Assembly (NCBI RefSeq): GCF_006345805.1
Contig: NC_043012.1
Location: 50,840,001-50,904,000, forward strand
Direction: 5' to 3'
DNA: 64,000 nt
DNA from: Octopus sinensis
Taxonomy: Eukaryota
The stretch's first letter is position 1; each line of letters starts with the position of its first letter. Shown piece by piece: positions 11,443-24,744 of this stretch. The position numbers and the translations under genes are program-made. The notes under the pieces are model-generated. The model did not search any database. It worked only from the letters and a program-made list of their open reading frames with translations, and had not been told where the DNA came from.

Positions 11443-12661
11443 CAGTGGTTGGACCAAATAATGAAACAGCTTAAAATTTCAAATCAAGTTTTTTAATATG
11501 GGGTAGGACCGCATTTGGCAGTAATTACAGCTTGAATTCGTACAGTTTATGGACTCGTACAAACTTTGAAATTTTTCCAAAGGAATTTTTCTCCATTCTT
11601 CAGTTAATATAGGCTCCTTACTTGTTTTTCTAAAATGCACACGATATTTTATCTGCGGTGGCCAGATAAAATGTTCAAATTCACTAGAATGTTCCTCGTA
11701 CCATTCAGTGACAACTTTAGCTACGTGAATTGGTGCACTATCATCATGAATGTTTGTGATTCCCTCCGGAAACAGTTCTGCAAATATAGGATGAATTTTA
11801 TCAGACAAAATGTTTAAGTAATCTTCACTGTTAATTCCGCCATGAAGGGAAACCATTGGGCCGGCGGTATTCCAAGATATAGCCCCGCACATCATCACAG
11901 ATCCGCCTCCATGTTTAACAGTTGGAAGATGGCAATCTGGGTTAAGTGCTTCTTGTGGTTCTCTCCACTTGTATACTAGGCTGGTAGTCGGAAATAAGGT
12001 AAAGGATGACTTGTAAAGAGAAAATAACATTCTTCCACTGCTCTGGGGACCGATTCTGTAGGATTTTAATCCATTCTAAATGCTTTGCAACGTTTGTTTT
12101 TGAGAGAAGCAGTTTTTCGATTGCAGCCCTCCCATGAAATCCGGCCTTGTGCAGCTTGCGACGAATGATTTTTGTGGAAACTGGGTTCTCGAGGTGGACA
12201 TTAAGCTTTGCAGGAATTTTGGGAGCTGCACTTATGTGATCCTTTCTAACAATTCGCGTAAAAGTCCGAGAATCCCTCTCTGAAAGTTTGGGTTTTCTCC
12301 CAGAGTTTTGTTTCAACGAGCAGGTTTTTCCCTCTTTCCCAAAGGTTTTCATTATTTTCGATACACCAAACATTTCGGCTGTTTTCGTTACGCTAGCGCC
12401 TGCCATACGAGCACCAACAATTTGACCTCTTTGAAAGTCCGATAGATTTATCATTTTAATCAATTTTGATTACTTTCTTCTGATGATATCTGAAAAGAAA
12501 CAACAATTTTAAGCAAAACATACTAAGCAGCACTTAGTAAATAAAGCGGCACTTAGCAAATAAAAAAACATAAAAAGAAACACGCTTTTGACCGTTTTAT
12601 AGATATTTCAAAATTATGATGCTATGATATTAGGCATTTCCATTATTTTGTCCAACCCCTG
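11443..12661 (-). mobile_element. Tc1-family DNA transposon with TIRs and TA target duplication; transposase frameshifted
   Basis: TIRs CAGTGGTTGGACCAAATAATG / CATTATTTTGTCCAACCCCTG, with TA on both sides. ORFs 11942-12463 and 11479-12030 contain LSDFQRGQIVG, SGRKPKLSERD, PTVKHGGGSVMMCGAISW, HDDSAPIH and WPPQ. Confidence 0.95.
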
Positions 12662-14637
12662 TATATGTATTTGTCTGTGTGTGTGTGCCTTTCTGTCTAT
12701 CTGCGTGTTTCTGCGTGTGTGTCTGTGTATATGTATGTGGTATTTATTTTAGTCATGGCATTTTTTCGTTTCTGAATTATGTTTATATTTATTGTGAAAT
12801 TATTGTGTGGCATAGTGAAGCCTTCCTTGAGTTGAGTATATTATATATTGTATATGTTCACCTGATTCATTCAGGAAGCCATCTGCTCATATCTGACGAC
12901 CATATGATATTTAATTATTATGTGCATGTATAGTAGCAGGTAAATATTTCCTGTTGTCAGATATAAACAATGTCACTTATTTAAAATTGACTCTCAAATA
13001 TCGGTGATATCTTAATATATCGCTTGTAAATAACTGCTTTGCTGTAATTTATGTGAGTTAACATATGTGTGTTTTGTAGTGCATTTGTTGATAACTTGTT
13101 AAATTAGTAATGATTAGCATTGACTTGTGCTCCTCTGTCAAATCTAACAGGACGGAGTTGTCATCAAATGCATTTCAGTTATGGTCTTATTTTCAACGAA
13201 AATGCATCGAATATGTAATGTCTATCCAAAATATGCTTGATGTCTTTGGTTAATCATGTTAGACAACATTAACCAGCCAATCCTTTCTCTCTCAACGAAA
13301 AACTGTAATTTAAAGGAGAACTTATCTGCTATATTTTGCACATTCAGTAACCATATAAATGTTCTCTGATTGCTTTGGCATCGTAAATTTTAAAACTACA
13401 TATAATCTCATTTACTGAACCTCTACAGAATTTTCATGGATGATACTATGACTTATTATTACCTTTAAATGCATATATTTATTGCAGTATAATCACAATA
13501 TAAGTCTACCAATAGTAATAGTTATCTATCTATTGTGAAGGGAAATTCCTGTGGCTTCTATATAGTTTGTCACTTTTATTTTTCTACTAACTACCCGTAC
13601 AAGTATTGGAAAAAATTATAACTTAACGCAATAAATTTATTTTTACTTGTTCGTTATTCGATAAGTCACTCAAAACCATTTCCCCTTGATATTTGTAAAT
13701 TTAAACCCTGTTAGACAAAGCCGATGATTCATTTCATGTACAAGAAAAAGTTTCATGGATATTTTAAATGAAACAGAATTACGTAATAAAATAATATCTG
13801 TTTGAATGCAACTGCTGTTGAAGGAAAAACAATTCTTATGGTTTCTATATATCATATTTGTGGCACTTTTTGCCATTTAATCATTGTACTTATTATATAT
13901 TATATGTCAAAAGTTCACACAATCGTTGTCGTTTATGAGTTATGACAAAAGTTGAACGAAACTATTTTTGTTCTAACGTTTTTCGTTTGTTCGCTTGTAT
14001 TTATAAAACGCAATACAAAGTTATATAAAGGGATGAAGCAATTTGTAAGAACATATTAATTTTTTTTTTCTACACGGATATCGATAGCACCGAAAAAGAG
14101 TTACCTAATGATATATTGTTTAAACAATAATACCGCTGTTTAAAACTTACAGCAAAACCACCGCCAGCTTAAATGTACATATTGAAAATTAGTTATCTAC
14201 GGTAAGTAGATAGCTTAACGTGTGTCCGTGAATAAATATTTGAAAAGCTGGTTAGTTGATATGAACCGGCGTCTTTTCACTTGTTTACCCGGCGGTCTAT
14301 TGACTTCAACATACCTTCAATTGTATTTTTACACATATATAAAACACTTTAAAAGTTTCGTTTTTTTTTTATTCTTCTCGTATATTTGTAAATTAAATGT
14401 AGTGAGTACAAAACATTATTTCTCCCAGAGCACCAAATTCCGACGAAATCCATTGTAAGTATTTCTGATAACAGTAAACAAGCATCGCATTAGGAAGTGA
14501 AGCATGGAAACATTTTACTTAAATGCAGTGTCGATGACAATAAAGTAAATGATATGGTTTGATACACAGCCAAAAAGTTAATCACTTGAAATTGATAACA
14601 TATCACATCAAGATCATTTACCTACATATATCATATA

Positions 14638-14639
<2 letters not shown>

Positions 14640-14686
<47 letters not shown>

Positions 14687-14741
14687 ATGGATAGATAGAT
14701 AGATTCATGTGTATATACATACATGTACGTATACTTATAAT

Positions 14742-14780
<39 letters not shown>

Positions 14781-15000
14781 TATACATATATATATATACA
14801 TATATATATACATATATATATATACATATATATACATATATATATACATATATATATACATATATATATACGTATATATATATACATATTTTATATATAT
14901 ATATATATATATTATATATATTATATACATATATATATATATGTATATATATGTATATACATACTATATATATATATGTATGTATAGATAGATAGATATA
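14640..15000. repeat. (TA)n/(TATACA)n compound microsatellite
   Basis: Direct reading. Confidence 0.95.
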
Positions 15001-15499
15001 GACGCAAATACAACGCACACCACATGCGTACATTCATACATATATTTTCTACGGTGAATGGCTTTCGAAAGTGCTGAATGATCACCATCATCTGATATCA
15101 ATTTGCCATACATTGAATAGACTGCGACACACTGTTGCAATTCAGAAAACTTTTAGATGTTTACAAACGGAAGTTTTATGGTTCAGCTTTAAAGTGATGA
15201 GACAGGTTGTTGGAACGAATTGAATTCGTACTATCCTATGGCATATTGATACACCTTATTAGCAACCATATGTATAGCACAACACATCAATCACAGCCTC
15301 TGAGAAAGATATCTATTTTGGTCTTTAAATATAATAATTGTGGCATATATGTGTGTCTGCGTATGCGTGTGTGCGCGCATGTGTGTGTGCGCGTATGTAT
15401 GAATATATATATATCTATACATATATTTATGCATTATATAAGTATTGATCGGCCGATAGATAGATCTTTATATAGACAATATATATGTATATGTATATA

Positions 15500-15530
<31 letters not shown>

Positions 15531-15531
15531 A

Positions 15532-15580
<49 letters not shown>

Positions 15581-15746
15581 CATATATATTATATATATAT
15601 AATATATTTGGAAAAAAAAGTCACGATAGAAAATGCTAAAAGTGTTTTCTCTATCTTTTCTCTATTCACACACCCTGTCCAGTCTTCTGAACCCCTTCAT
15701 TATGCAGGTGCTCCTAATTCTTTGTGCATTCACTCTGTGAATATAT

Positions 15747-15817
<71 letters not shown>

Positions 15818-16684
15818 CCTAACGATAAACAAGTACGTCACCTTGTGTACGCATACCTATAAAGTTATGTCAGACCGAAGATATTAGTCGTGTGCGTCTG
15901 AAAGTGAGCTTGCAACCCTACAAAGTGGACAGTGGTTCCCAAGATCGAATGCACATCGTATGGGATTAAGTGTACGAAATGTGGTTTCATGTTTATTATG
16001 AGCTGAAGAAATTTATGTCTAACCAGTATACACATATTCGATACAGAGTCCAGTCACCAATGATATTTTATTAATTACCATATTGAAATAGAAATTTCCC
16101 TTATATTACCATCACTCAAAAGTCAGTTTTATATCTAATGTAGTAGGAAAAATCTAACATTTACACACAAGTTCATCATTGATGTGTTTGAGTATAGGAA
16201 GCATATTTAGGAGACGTAACCCAAATTAGAATATAATTGCAAGGTATATGAAAGAATATCATATGACAATAACCACCCACGAATCGTGGTCTACATGTTC
16301 GAGCAGTTATGCAATACCAAACCATTATGCAAATACAGCCTCGTTCTTCACGTGGGGTCACTTTTATAAAATAAACTTAGTAATATTAAAAACTTTAGAA
16401 TGATTTAGATTTAGGCAAAATCACATTTAGTATCTGTTTGCGTGGGATGCTTTTGTAGACCACATGCGACTTGACTGGTAACGAAAGGAACATACACATT
16501 GACATTCCAGATAAAGGTATATATATATATATATATATATGTTATGAGAGGTAATGGTGTCAAGAAGACCCAAAGGTGTTAGGTAATACTGAGAAAGTGG
16601 TATGGACAGATTATAGTTAAGCTTGGTGATTATGCAAATGGGGAGGCCAACGGAGGTCATATATTAGCATGCATATATGTAAAA

Positions 16685-17085
16685 AATTAACAGAATGAGA
16701 TAAAAATCCAAGGCTGGGAAAGATTTCAGAATATTTATAAATAGAATGAGTTACAGCTGTTTCCGGGATATTTTATATATTCTTTCATCGGAGTCGGTGC
16801 GAGAAAATGGTTACACAATAGTTTTTCTAGAGAAGATTAAAATAGAGAGTGAAGTGGAGGAATGAAAACAAACGTGGGATATGCAGGGATATTGTGCCTG
16901 CAGTTCCATTATTTAAGCAGAATGGTATACATATACGTTTTCTAGAATAACTATTGCGTTAACATTTTTTCGCATCGCCTCCGATGAAGGAATATACAAA
17001 ATATCATGGAAACAGCTGTAAGACGTCCACATTATAAATGTCCTAAAATGTTTCACAGCCTTGATTTTTATCTCATTTTGTTAAT

Positions 17086-17086
<1 letters not shown>
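16685..17086. mobile_element. About 400-bp fold-back element whose inverted arms each carry a hammerhead-like motif
   Basis: Ends AATTAACAGAATGAGATAAAAATCCAAGGCTG / CAGCCTTGATTTTTATCTCATTTTGTTAATT. CCGATGA...GAAACAGCTGTA occurs at 16981-17020 (+) and 16752-16791 (-). Confidence 0.75.
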
Positions 17087-17131
<45 letters not shown>

Positions 17132-17466
17132 TATATATATATTATATATATATATATATATTATATATCTTCATATGCATATGTATATGTGTATAAATTT
17201 ATATACATATACAAACAAAAGTATATACATATATACATATATATATATATATGAATATATACACGCACATATGCACGCACTCATACATACAAGCGTATAT
17301 GTATGTATGTATATATATATATTCATATGCATATGTATATGTGTATAAATTTATATACATATACATACAAACGTATATACATACATACATATATATATGA
17401 ATATATACACGCACATATGCACACCACACATACATACAGACGTATATATTATATGTATGTATGTAT

Positions 17467-17547
<81 letters not shown>

Positions 17548-17668
17548 TTAGGGAATAAATCCAAATTTACAGGGAAAAATCAGATTTAGGATTAAATCCA
17601 ATTTTATAGTAAAATATTATAAAATATTATTAGAGACAAAACACTATTGAAACTGACTTATTGGAAGT

Positions 17669-17710
17669 CCACCTGAAGATTGTCGATCAAGACAAGAAAC
17701 ATTGTAGTGG
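17669..17710 (+). ncRNA. Minimal type I hammerhead ribozyme motif
   Basis: CCAC-CTGAAGA-TTGTC-gatcaa-GACAA-GAAAC-att-GTA-GTGG; all three helices can pair. Flanked by inverted repeats 17621-17654 / 17752-17791. Confidence 0.8.
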
Positions 17711-17784
17711 CAGTCTTTTTGACTATTTATTAAAATTTTATGTATTGATTAAGTTTCCTTAATAGTGGTTTTTTGTCTCTAATA

Positions 17785-17828
<44 letters not shown>

Positions 17829-19210
17829 TATATATATATGTGTGCGCACCTGCATGCTTGTATATATGTATTATTTCCGATTTCAATATTATAGAGTTTA
17901 ATTTACTGTAAACTTAAAAAAAAAACAAATTCATTTTACTATAGAAATTGAGAGATTATATAAGAATGACCTACTAATTAACGGGTTTGAAACTTTAAAT
18001 GCACACTTTACCTACACCTTTATGAAGTCGCCGTTGGCCTAAAAGTTCAGAGTACAAATCAATCAAATTAAATGCAAGGGCAAATATATGTCTGGCCTTC
18101 AACATTTATTAGTGATTTAGGGTAAAGCAATGTTTGTTTTCAGTTTCGTAAGTAGGACGGAAATGGTATATTTGATGAAGAGGACCATGTTTAGTTCAGA
18201 AGTACGAGAAACAATAAATCAAAGTGACACATTGACCTGTGATTATTCAACTATGCAGACACATTTTCCCATCAAACTAATGGCACATATCAACGACCTG
18301 TACGTGAATGGTGGTAGTTTTTACAAGTTCTTACTTATTTATACCTCTTCAACAGAGTCATACTTCTGTTGTTCTTATACTTTGTTGAAATTAATTACAC
18401 GACTTAAAGGAGGAACTGACCTTTTAAGTTTAATTACTTTTTCTCACTATGTGATATATTTATACGAGGTTTTTGTTATTGAACAGAACATTGTTTTCCT
18501 GCCAAGGACATACGAAAATATACTTTAACTCCGTGAAGAATTGCGATGAAGAATTGATGATTATCTTCCTCTTGGTTGACATTTTGTTTCTTTAGAATAT
18601 CACATTACCAAAATTTTGAATATTTCACTGGTACTTCACATTTTAAACAAAAACAAATTACTTATGTCTCAAATACTTTTAGAATATTCCTAGCAAGATA
18701 TTTCGTTGCGTATACTTCAGCACTAAAATTGGAGGATCTAAAACAAAATTATTTGCAAAGAAATTTACTCTACAAAATGTGATATGTTTCTGACAGAGGA
18801 TTAATTTGTCCACATGAACTAAGTTACATCGAATGCAGATTATATACAGCTATACAAATGCAAACATTTTGATAAACATGGACTCGAATTTCACATAGTT
18901 TCTATGAACAACTAGATTTTTCCGTTAATTTTTCAGTTTCCATGAATAAGTAGATTATTTTCGTTGATTTACTATTCGCCCTGATTTTCCCATCATTCTC
19001 AATGCTCGATTCCTCTTGGATTCTATCTGAGACGATGATGGCATTATGTCGAAAGATGAATGTTTAACATTCACGTGATATTGGACATGGTATGGAAAGA
19101 CCACAGAATAGCAAGAATCTAGTTATACTGCTTTCCCTGCTAAAATGTTGTACCTCTCCTGGACATGTGATTCTAATTAAAGATCGACTAATTCAAATTA
19201 CAAAGAATAG

Positions 19211-20070
19211 AGGCGCAGGAGTGGCTGTGTAGTAAGTAATATTTAAAAGAGCTGGAAAGGAAGACCGTGGTGTTGAGGACTTATTCGAAGTCGCTCGACA
19301 CCATAGCCGTCTTCCTGCAGGCCACAATTTTGAACGAGCTGGCGGACTACATGCCAGCCGTTAAATTCATCTCACGGAGAGTGAAATATGCAACGGTTTG
19401 GTTGCTATTTGACTCCTCACAAGAAGCTTGCGACTTCGCAAGCCAGCCCCTTGATGGCAAAGAAATATTATTTTTGCTATATTATATGGGAAAAAGCTAT
19501 CAAAAGCTTGGATATGTGGCCTACCACCCGGAGTTGAGCCTGAGTGGATAGAGGACTCTATCCGCCGGGGTCTGGGTGGTAGCAATACCAAGTTGCTGAG
19601 TGTTAAAATGTTGCCTGCGGCTGATTGGGAGGGGTCGAAAGCTTTTTTGACCCTATGGACACAATCGGCCGAAAATAAAGTAGCTTGTTTACCAACCACA
19701 TGGTTCCGGGTTCAGTCCCACTGCGTGGCACCTTGGGCAAGTGTCTTCTACTATAGCCTCGGGCCGACCAAAGTCCTGTGAGTGGATTTGGTAGACGGAA
19801 ACTGAAAGAAGCCCGTCGTATATATGTATATATATATATATGTATATATGCGTGTGTGTGTTTGTGTGTCTGTATTTGTCCTCCTAGCATTGCTTGACAA
19901 CCGATGCTGGCGTGTTTATGTCTCCGTTCCTTAGAGGTTCGGCAAAAGAGACCGATAGAATAAGTACTGGGCTTACAAAGAATAAGTCCCGGGGTTGAGT
20001 TGCTCGATTAAAGGCGGTGCTCCAGCATGGCCGCAGTCAGATGACTGAAGCAAGTAAAAGAGTAAAAGAG
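19211..20070 (+). mobile_element. SINE family A, full length, split by a 439-bp insertion
   Basis: Head AGGCGCAGGAGTGGCTGTGTAGTAAGTA (19211-38) resumes as AAGTAGCTTG at 19678. 3' tail GTAAAAGAGTAAAAGAG. Confidence 0.92.
19239..19677 (+). mobile_element. LINE ORF1-like (L1/Tx1-type) coding fragment
   Basis: Translates KTVVLRTYSKS...KYATVWLLFDSSQEACDFASQPL...YMGK and, after a frameshift, ICGLPPGVEPEWIEDSI. The clade assignment is from recall of RRM-type ORF1 proteins. Confidence 0.5.
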
Positions 20071-21429
20071 AAATAGAATAAATGCATACGCTAATATAGA
20101 AATTGCTCACAGGTCTCAGGTAGAGGTATATTACAGATGTGTTGATGTCATTCATATACAGCGCATTAATACAGTCTGTATCACAGAAGCTTACTAGAGC
20201 ACATTAATGCAGTCATTTGATATAACAGACTTTCTTTCAATCTCATGCTGTTGTCGTTAGGAAAGAAATCATCCGTGTTAAAGAAAGGATATTTGAATAT
20301 AAGAAAATATATTGGGGATATATTTATTTGAATAGCAAACATGCTCGCTATGGTTTGAATCCCCTTCATCAGAGGTTTTTTTTTTTTACTTTACCGATAA
20401 CTTGTCACTTCATTCATAAAGAGTCTCGTGTTTAACAGTCTGCAATTTGTACCATATTAGATATGAATACTGGCTTTCCTTGTGATAGTTAAATTTATTT
20501 CTACGAGGTCATGTAATGCAACTTACGCAGGACGTAGAAGCATGTGCATTTAAGAGGATGTGGTTATTTAAAATGAGATAAAATTGTAGGCTCTTTCAAA
20601 CAGAAACCAAACGCTTCACACTAATTTTACGAACAGAAGTAGAGCAGAATTTGCCATTTAATTATGTAGTGTTCATAACAAAAGGTATGTCGAATATAGT
20701 TGTCTACATTACCGAATGTTACACACAGGGGAACTAAATGTTTGAGCCTATGTAATATGCCAAATATTGAACGATTGGTACTTCTTCAGTTTTAATATCT
20801 TTTTATTTAATCGGAGGACTCCAGTGATTCGACGAACGTAGTATTTATTGATATTTGTAATGTTTAGCATTTAGTTAATTTAATTTAAATAAATATAAGT
20901 ATAAACGTACATGGCGGAATTTGAAACAATATTTAGAGGTTTATTTACAATGGACAATTTACAAGCCTTAGTGGGAACAAGATACTAATCACATGTTGAA
21001 AATGTTATTAATCAAATTATACATAAATCTTTTACAGTAGATTAATTTCAGTAATAATATCATTTAAACACTGATTACTTCAGCTTCAATTACTAATCAA
21101 TTTTCGTTCCAGGAACATGGATACGCTTAGCTTGTGCTAATACCAATCCACTCAAAAAGAAGGAAAAAACGAAACGTAATTTATATCTTTATAGGTCAAT
21201 GAAGTTTACTTATCAACCGAGCCTTCATTAAAACTGAAACATCTGCGAATCAGTACACAGCCCGATAGATACGCATAGGACAATAATTGTATTGTGTTCT
21301 GATAAATTAATTTCCATATTACTAATATTTAAGATTCTTTATAAACTGTATTTCTACTATATTCACTGTGTTATTTGAGTCATGTTGCTCTGAACATAAT
21401 TCAGTTGTGAATATATAGGGAGAGCAGAT

Positions 21430-21654
21430 ACTACAAATCAACAAAAACCTTTTCATTATATGAATTCATATCTGCAGGCGCTGACTTTTTTGACCAACAG
21501 GATTAAATAAAAGCTTCCTAACCAGTGGGACCCAAGCACTGCAACAACGATAGAAGAAATGTGTGGACTGCAAAGGGAACTATATTGAAAAAGGAAGTGC
21601 ATGTGGTCACATTCCATGTTGTTCAGACTACGAACATTACAGACAACCTTCGTA
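21430..21654 (+). mobile_element. mariner 3' remnant
   Basis: KKCVDCKGNYIEK (mariner C-terminal KC....G.Y.EK), followed by a TIR-like end ...ACAGACAACCTTCGTA. Confidence 0.55.
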
Positions 21655-21769
21655 TATCCATTGCCACCGCCCAAAATATTTGTGCGTGGCAAATATTCAG
21701 CAATAGGATTAACAATATATATATTCTTTTATACCTTTACTTGTTTTAGTCATTTGAATTCTACCATGC

Positions 21770-22066
21770 AATCGACCCTAGGACTTATACTTTGTCAGGC
21801 AGCTAGTTATGCTATCAGTCTCTTATGCCGAGCCGCTAGGTTAAAGGAGACGCAAACACACAAATATCGGCTGTCAAGCGATGGTAGGGGACAAAGACAC
21901 ACACACATTCAGCTGGCCATTTTCAATTTCTGTCTACCAAATCCACTCAAAAGGTTTGGTCGGCCCAAAACAATAGTAGAAAACACTCGAACAAGGTTTC
22001 ACGCAGTGGGATTGAACCCAGAACCATGTAGTTGGGAAGCAAACTTCTTACTACACAATCGCGACT
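21770..22066 (-). mobile_element. SINE family A-related copy, diverged, lacking the internal (TA)n
   Basis: Reverse-complement homology to the head and body of family A. Confidence 0.8.
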
Positions 22067-22112
22067 ATATATATATGTATGTATGTACCCACAAAACCGC
22101 CCCACACATTTA

Positions 22113-22203
<91 letters not shown>

Positions 22204-23727
22204 ACACACACTCACACACACATATGACTGGATAGATATTATGACAATATAAGTGCTGAAGAACCCTTTCTCATACATTTTGTTCTGTTCGTGTTGAACA
22301 CAGTAGAGTGATATTTGGCAAAAATACCAAATAAATATTCTGGTGAAGTTTGAACAATTTTTACTGTTGATCCAATACCATGTTAGTAAACAAATTAATC
22401 AAATATAATGCCACAAATGTATTCAACTTTTAAACTTTATCATTATCTCTTGAATCATATCTTATTCGGTTGCTCTGATCAGGTTAAATTCAATAAGGAG
22501 ATATTTAGCAGAAATGCCAAAGAATTATTATAGTGAAGTCTAAATAGTTAGGGTTGACCCAGTACCATGTAGGTTAAAAGATTTATTAAATATAGTTTTC
22601 GAAATTTATACAACTTTATACAATTTTATTATTTTTCTTTTGCATTCTATCGATTAACATGTTGTAATGTTGCAACATAGACACTATTCATAAAGAAAAG
22701 TGACTTTTAAATTAATTCAATTAACATTTATGTATGCATTTTGAATGTGTATATTTTATTTACTTTTATACGAATTTCCAATTGGTTTTTACACGAGTGT
22801 GCATAATAGATAAATTCTTAAGATATAATGGGTATTCAAAGTATATTAAATCTCCTCTATAAAAATTGCCATAAAAAGTTTTATAAAAATCACATCTATT
22901 AATATATAAATAAATTTGCTTCTCAAAAAGGTTACCTTATCAGAATTCTACAAACACTGTCATAAAATAAAAGAAACTAATAAAACTTGTAATTTTAAAC
23001 CTGAATTAATGAACATGATTATTGATTGAGGGGAAATGTGTATGGTTTTCGTTTTTCTCTTTTGTCTATATTTTATATTTCGTTTTTGTTATTTTGAAAT
23101 TAGGGAAATCAAATTTTCTACCAATATGATATATAATGTTAATTTTACCATTGACTGATTACAATTTTGTACGGCTTTCTGGCCAATTAACAATTATAAC
23201 AAATTCTAACATCAAGGGATATATTTTCAATCATATAAGTTTGTACAAGACATTTTTGAAACACCATAACATATATTCAATTCAATTTTTTTTCTACTGA
23301 CATTCAAACAACCTTCATAGACTGAACATTATGGGCTGACACGTTGGGTTGGAAACAGTTTCTACTCGTTCAGTTAATTTTTCTGTTCAATTCTTAATGT
23401 CACTTTCTACGGTTGCAATAGTGTCAAAGTCAACAGAATAGTTACTGTAATAATAATCTGTTGATACACACACACGCACAAACACACACATTTATGTCTG
23501 AATAGAATATATATGTCAACACATAAGTATTCACTCTCACGGGAAACTATTAGTAATAGAATTCATAATTTCCGTCTATACATGCTACCATTAGTTTCAC
23601 GCACACATGTGTACGATCTTCTTTTGCCAGAAGATCGAACTCATGTCTGCGTTTAGCCAATGGTAGCAGATACAGGTCAGATAACACGAATTCTAATACT
23701 ATAAATATATGTATATATGTATATATA

Positions 23728-23788
<61 letters not shown>

Positions 23789-23859
23789 ATATACATATAT
23801 ACTATATATATATAATATATATATATTATATATATGTATATATATGTATATATATATAT

Positions 23860-23963
23860 ATGCGTGTGTGTGTTTGTGTGTCTGTGTTTGTCCCCCTAGC
23901 ATTGCTTGACAACCGATGCTGGTGTGTTTATGTCCCCGTTACTTAGCAGTTCGGCAAAAGAGT
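23860..23963 (+). mobile_element. SINE family A internal fragment
   Basis: GTGTTTGTCCCCCTAGCATTGCTTGACAACCGATGCTGG...CGGCAAAAGAG. Confidence 0.85.
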
Positions 23964-24009
23964 AATAGAATAAATGCATACGCATTTATATATATATATA
24001 TATGTATAT

Positions 24010-24160
24010 ATTTATTATATAGAAGGAGCTTCTACAGGACTAGAACTGTTTCATTCAAGAGAAATCTTCAGGAAGCTCATGCAGAGCTTCAGAGCTTCCT
24101 GAAGATTTCTCTTGAATGAAACAGTTCTAGTCCTGTAGAAGCTCCTTCTATATAATAAAT
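24010..24160. repeat. Perfect palindrome: 69-bp arms, 13-bp spacer
   Basis: 24010-24078 is the exact reverse complement of 24092-24160; spacer ATGCAGAGCTTCA. Confidence 0.97.
24092..24144 (+). ncRNA. Type I hammerhead ribozyme motif (mirror copy on - strand at 24026-24078)
   Basis: GAGCTTC-CTGAAGA-tTTC-tctt-GAAt-GAAA-CAG-ttctagtc-CTG-TA-GAAGCTC: 7-bp helix I, ACAG/CTGT helix III, GUA triplet, U.U mismatch at the base of helix II. Confidence 0.75.
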
Positions 24161-24266
24161 TAATTTTACTCTGCAATGTATTGAGTACCTTATTTACTGT
24201 GGTTAACCCCGAATCAACCCGGGACCTACATATATATGTATATATATATATATACATACACATATG

Positions 24267-24303
<37 letters not shown>

Positions 24304-24346
24304 GCATACATATATATATATATATCTATATATATATATATATATT

Positions 24347-24744
24347 GAAGGGTACTAGGGTAGTACAAGCTATGCTAAAAATAGTAGTCAAAATGATTCA
24401 AAACTATAGTTTTCACTTGTAAACATCGAGCAAAATATAAAAAAATCCACTTATCTTTAACGAAAAAAGGTGTAAATGAAATTTCAGACGTAGTCATATC
24501 ACGTGATTTCTAGCCCTGCGAATTATCCCTTAGTTCATCATCAGTGAGTATTACTAGATATATTCGTCTCAACTCTGTGCGTACTGAACCTTTTGAATGC
24601 GGCGGTTTTATTCGTTAATTGTAAGTTGGGTTTTTATATTTTCCTTGTTCCTTCGAATTCACCCGTGTATACAAGTGAAAACTGTACGTTTGAGTCGTTT
24701 TGACTCCTATTTTTAGCATTGTTGATACTACCCTTGTATCCTTC
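24347..24744. mobile_element. MITE with long imperfect TIRs
   Basis: GAAGGGTACTAGGGTAGTAC...GTTTTCACTTGTA / TACAAGTGAAAAC...GATACTACCCTTGTATCCTTC; ATT on both flanks (possible 3-bp TSD). Confidence 0.75.

Noticed and set aside
14614-17564. Many [12 protein letters not shown] ORFs (also throughout the window)
   Set aside because: (TA)n, (CA)n and (TG)n microsatellites.
18144-18147. 4-nt microexon pattern TTTTCAG|TTTC|GTAAGT
   Set aside because: Expected by chance in 64 kb of AT-rich DNA; needs RNA evidence.
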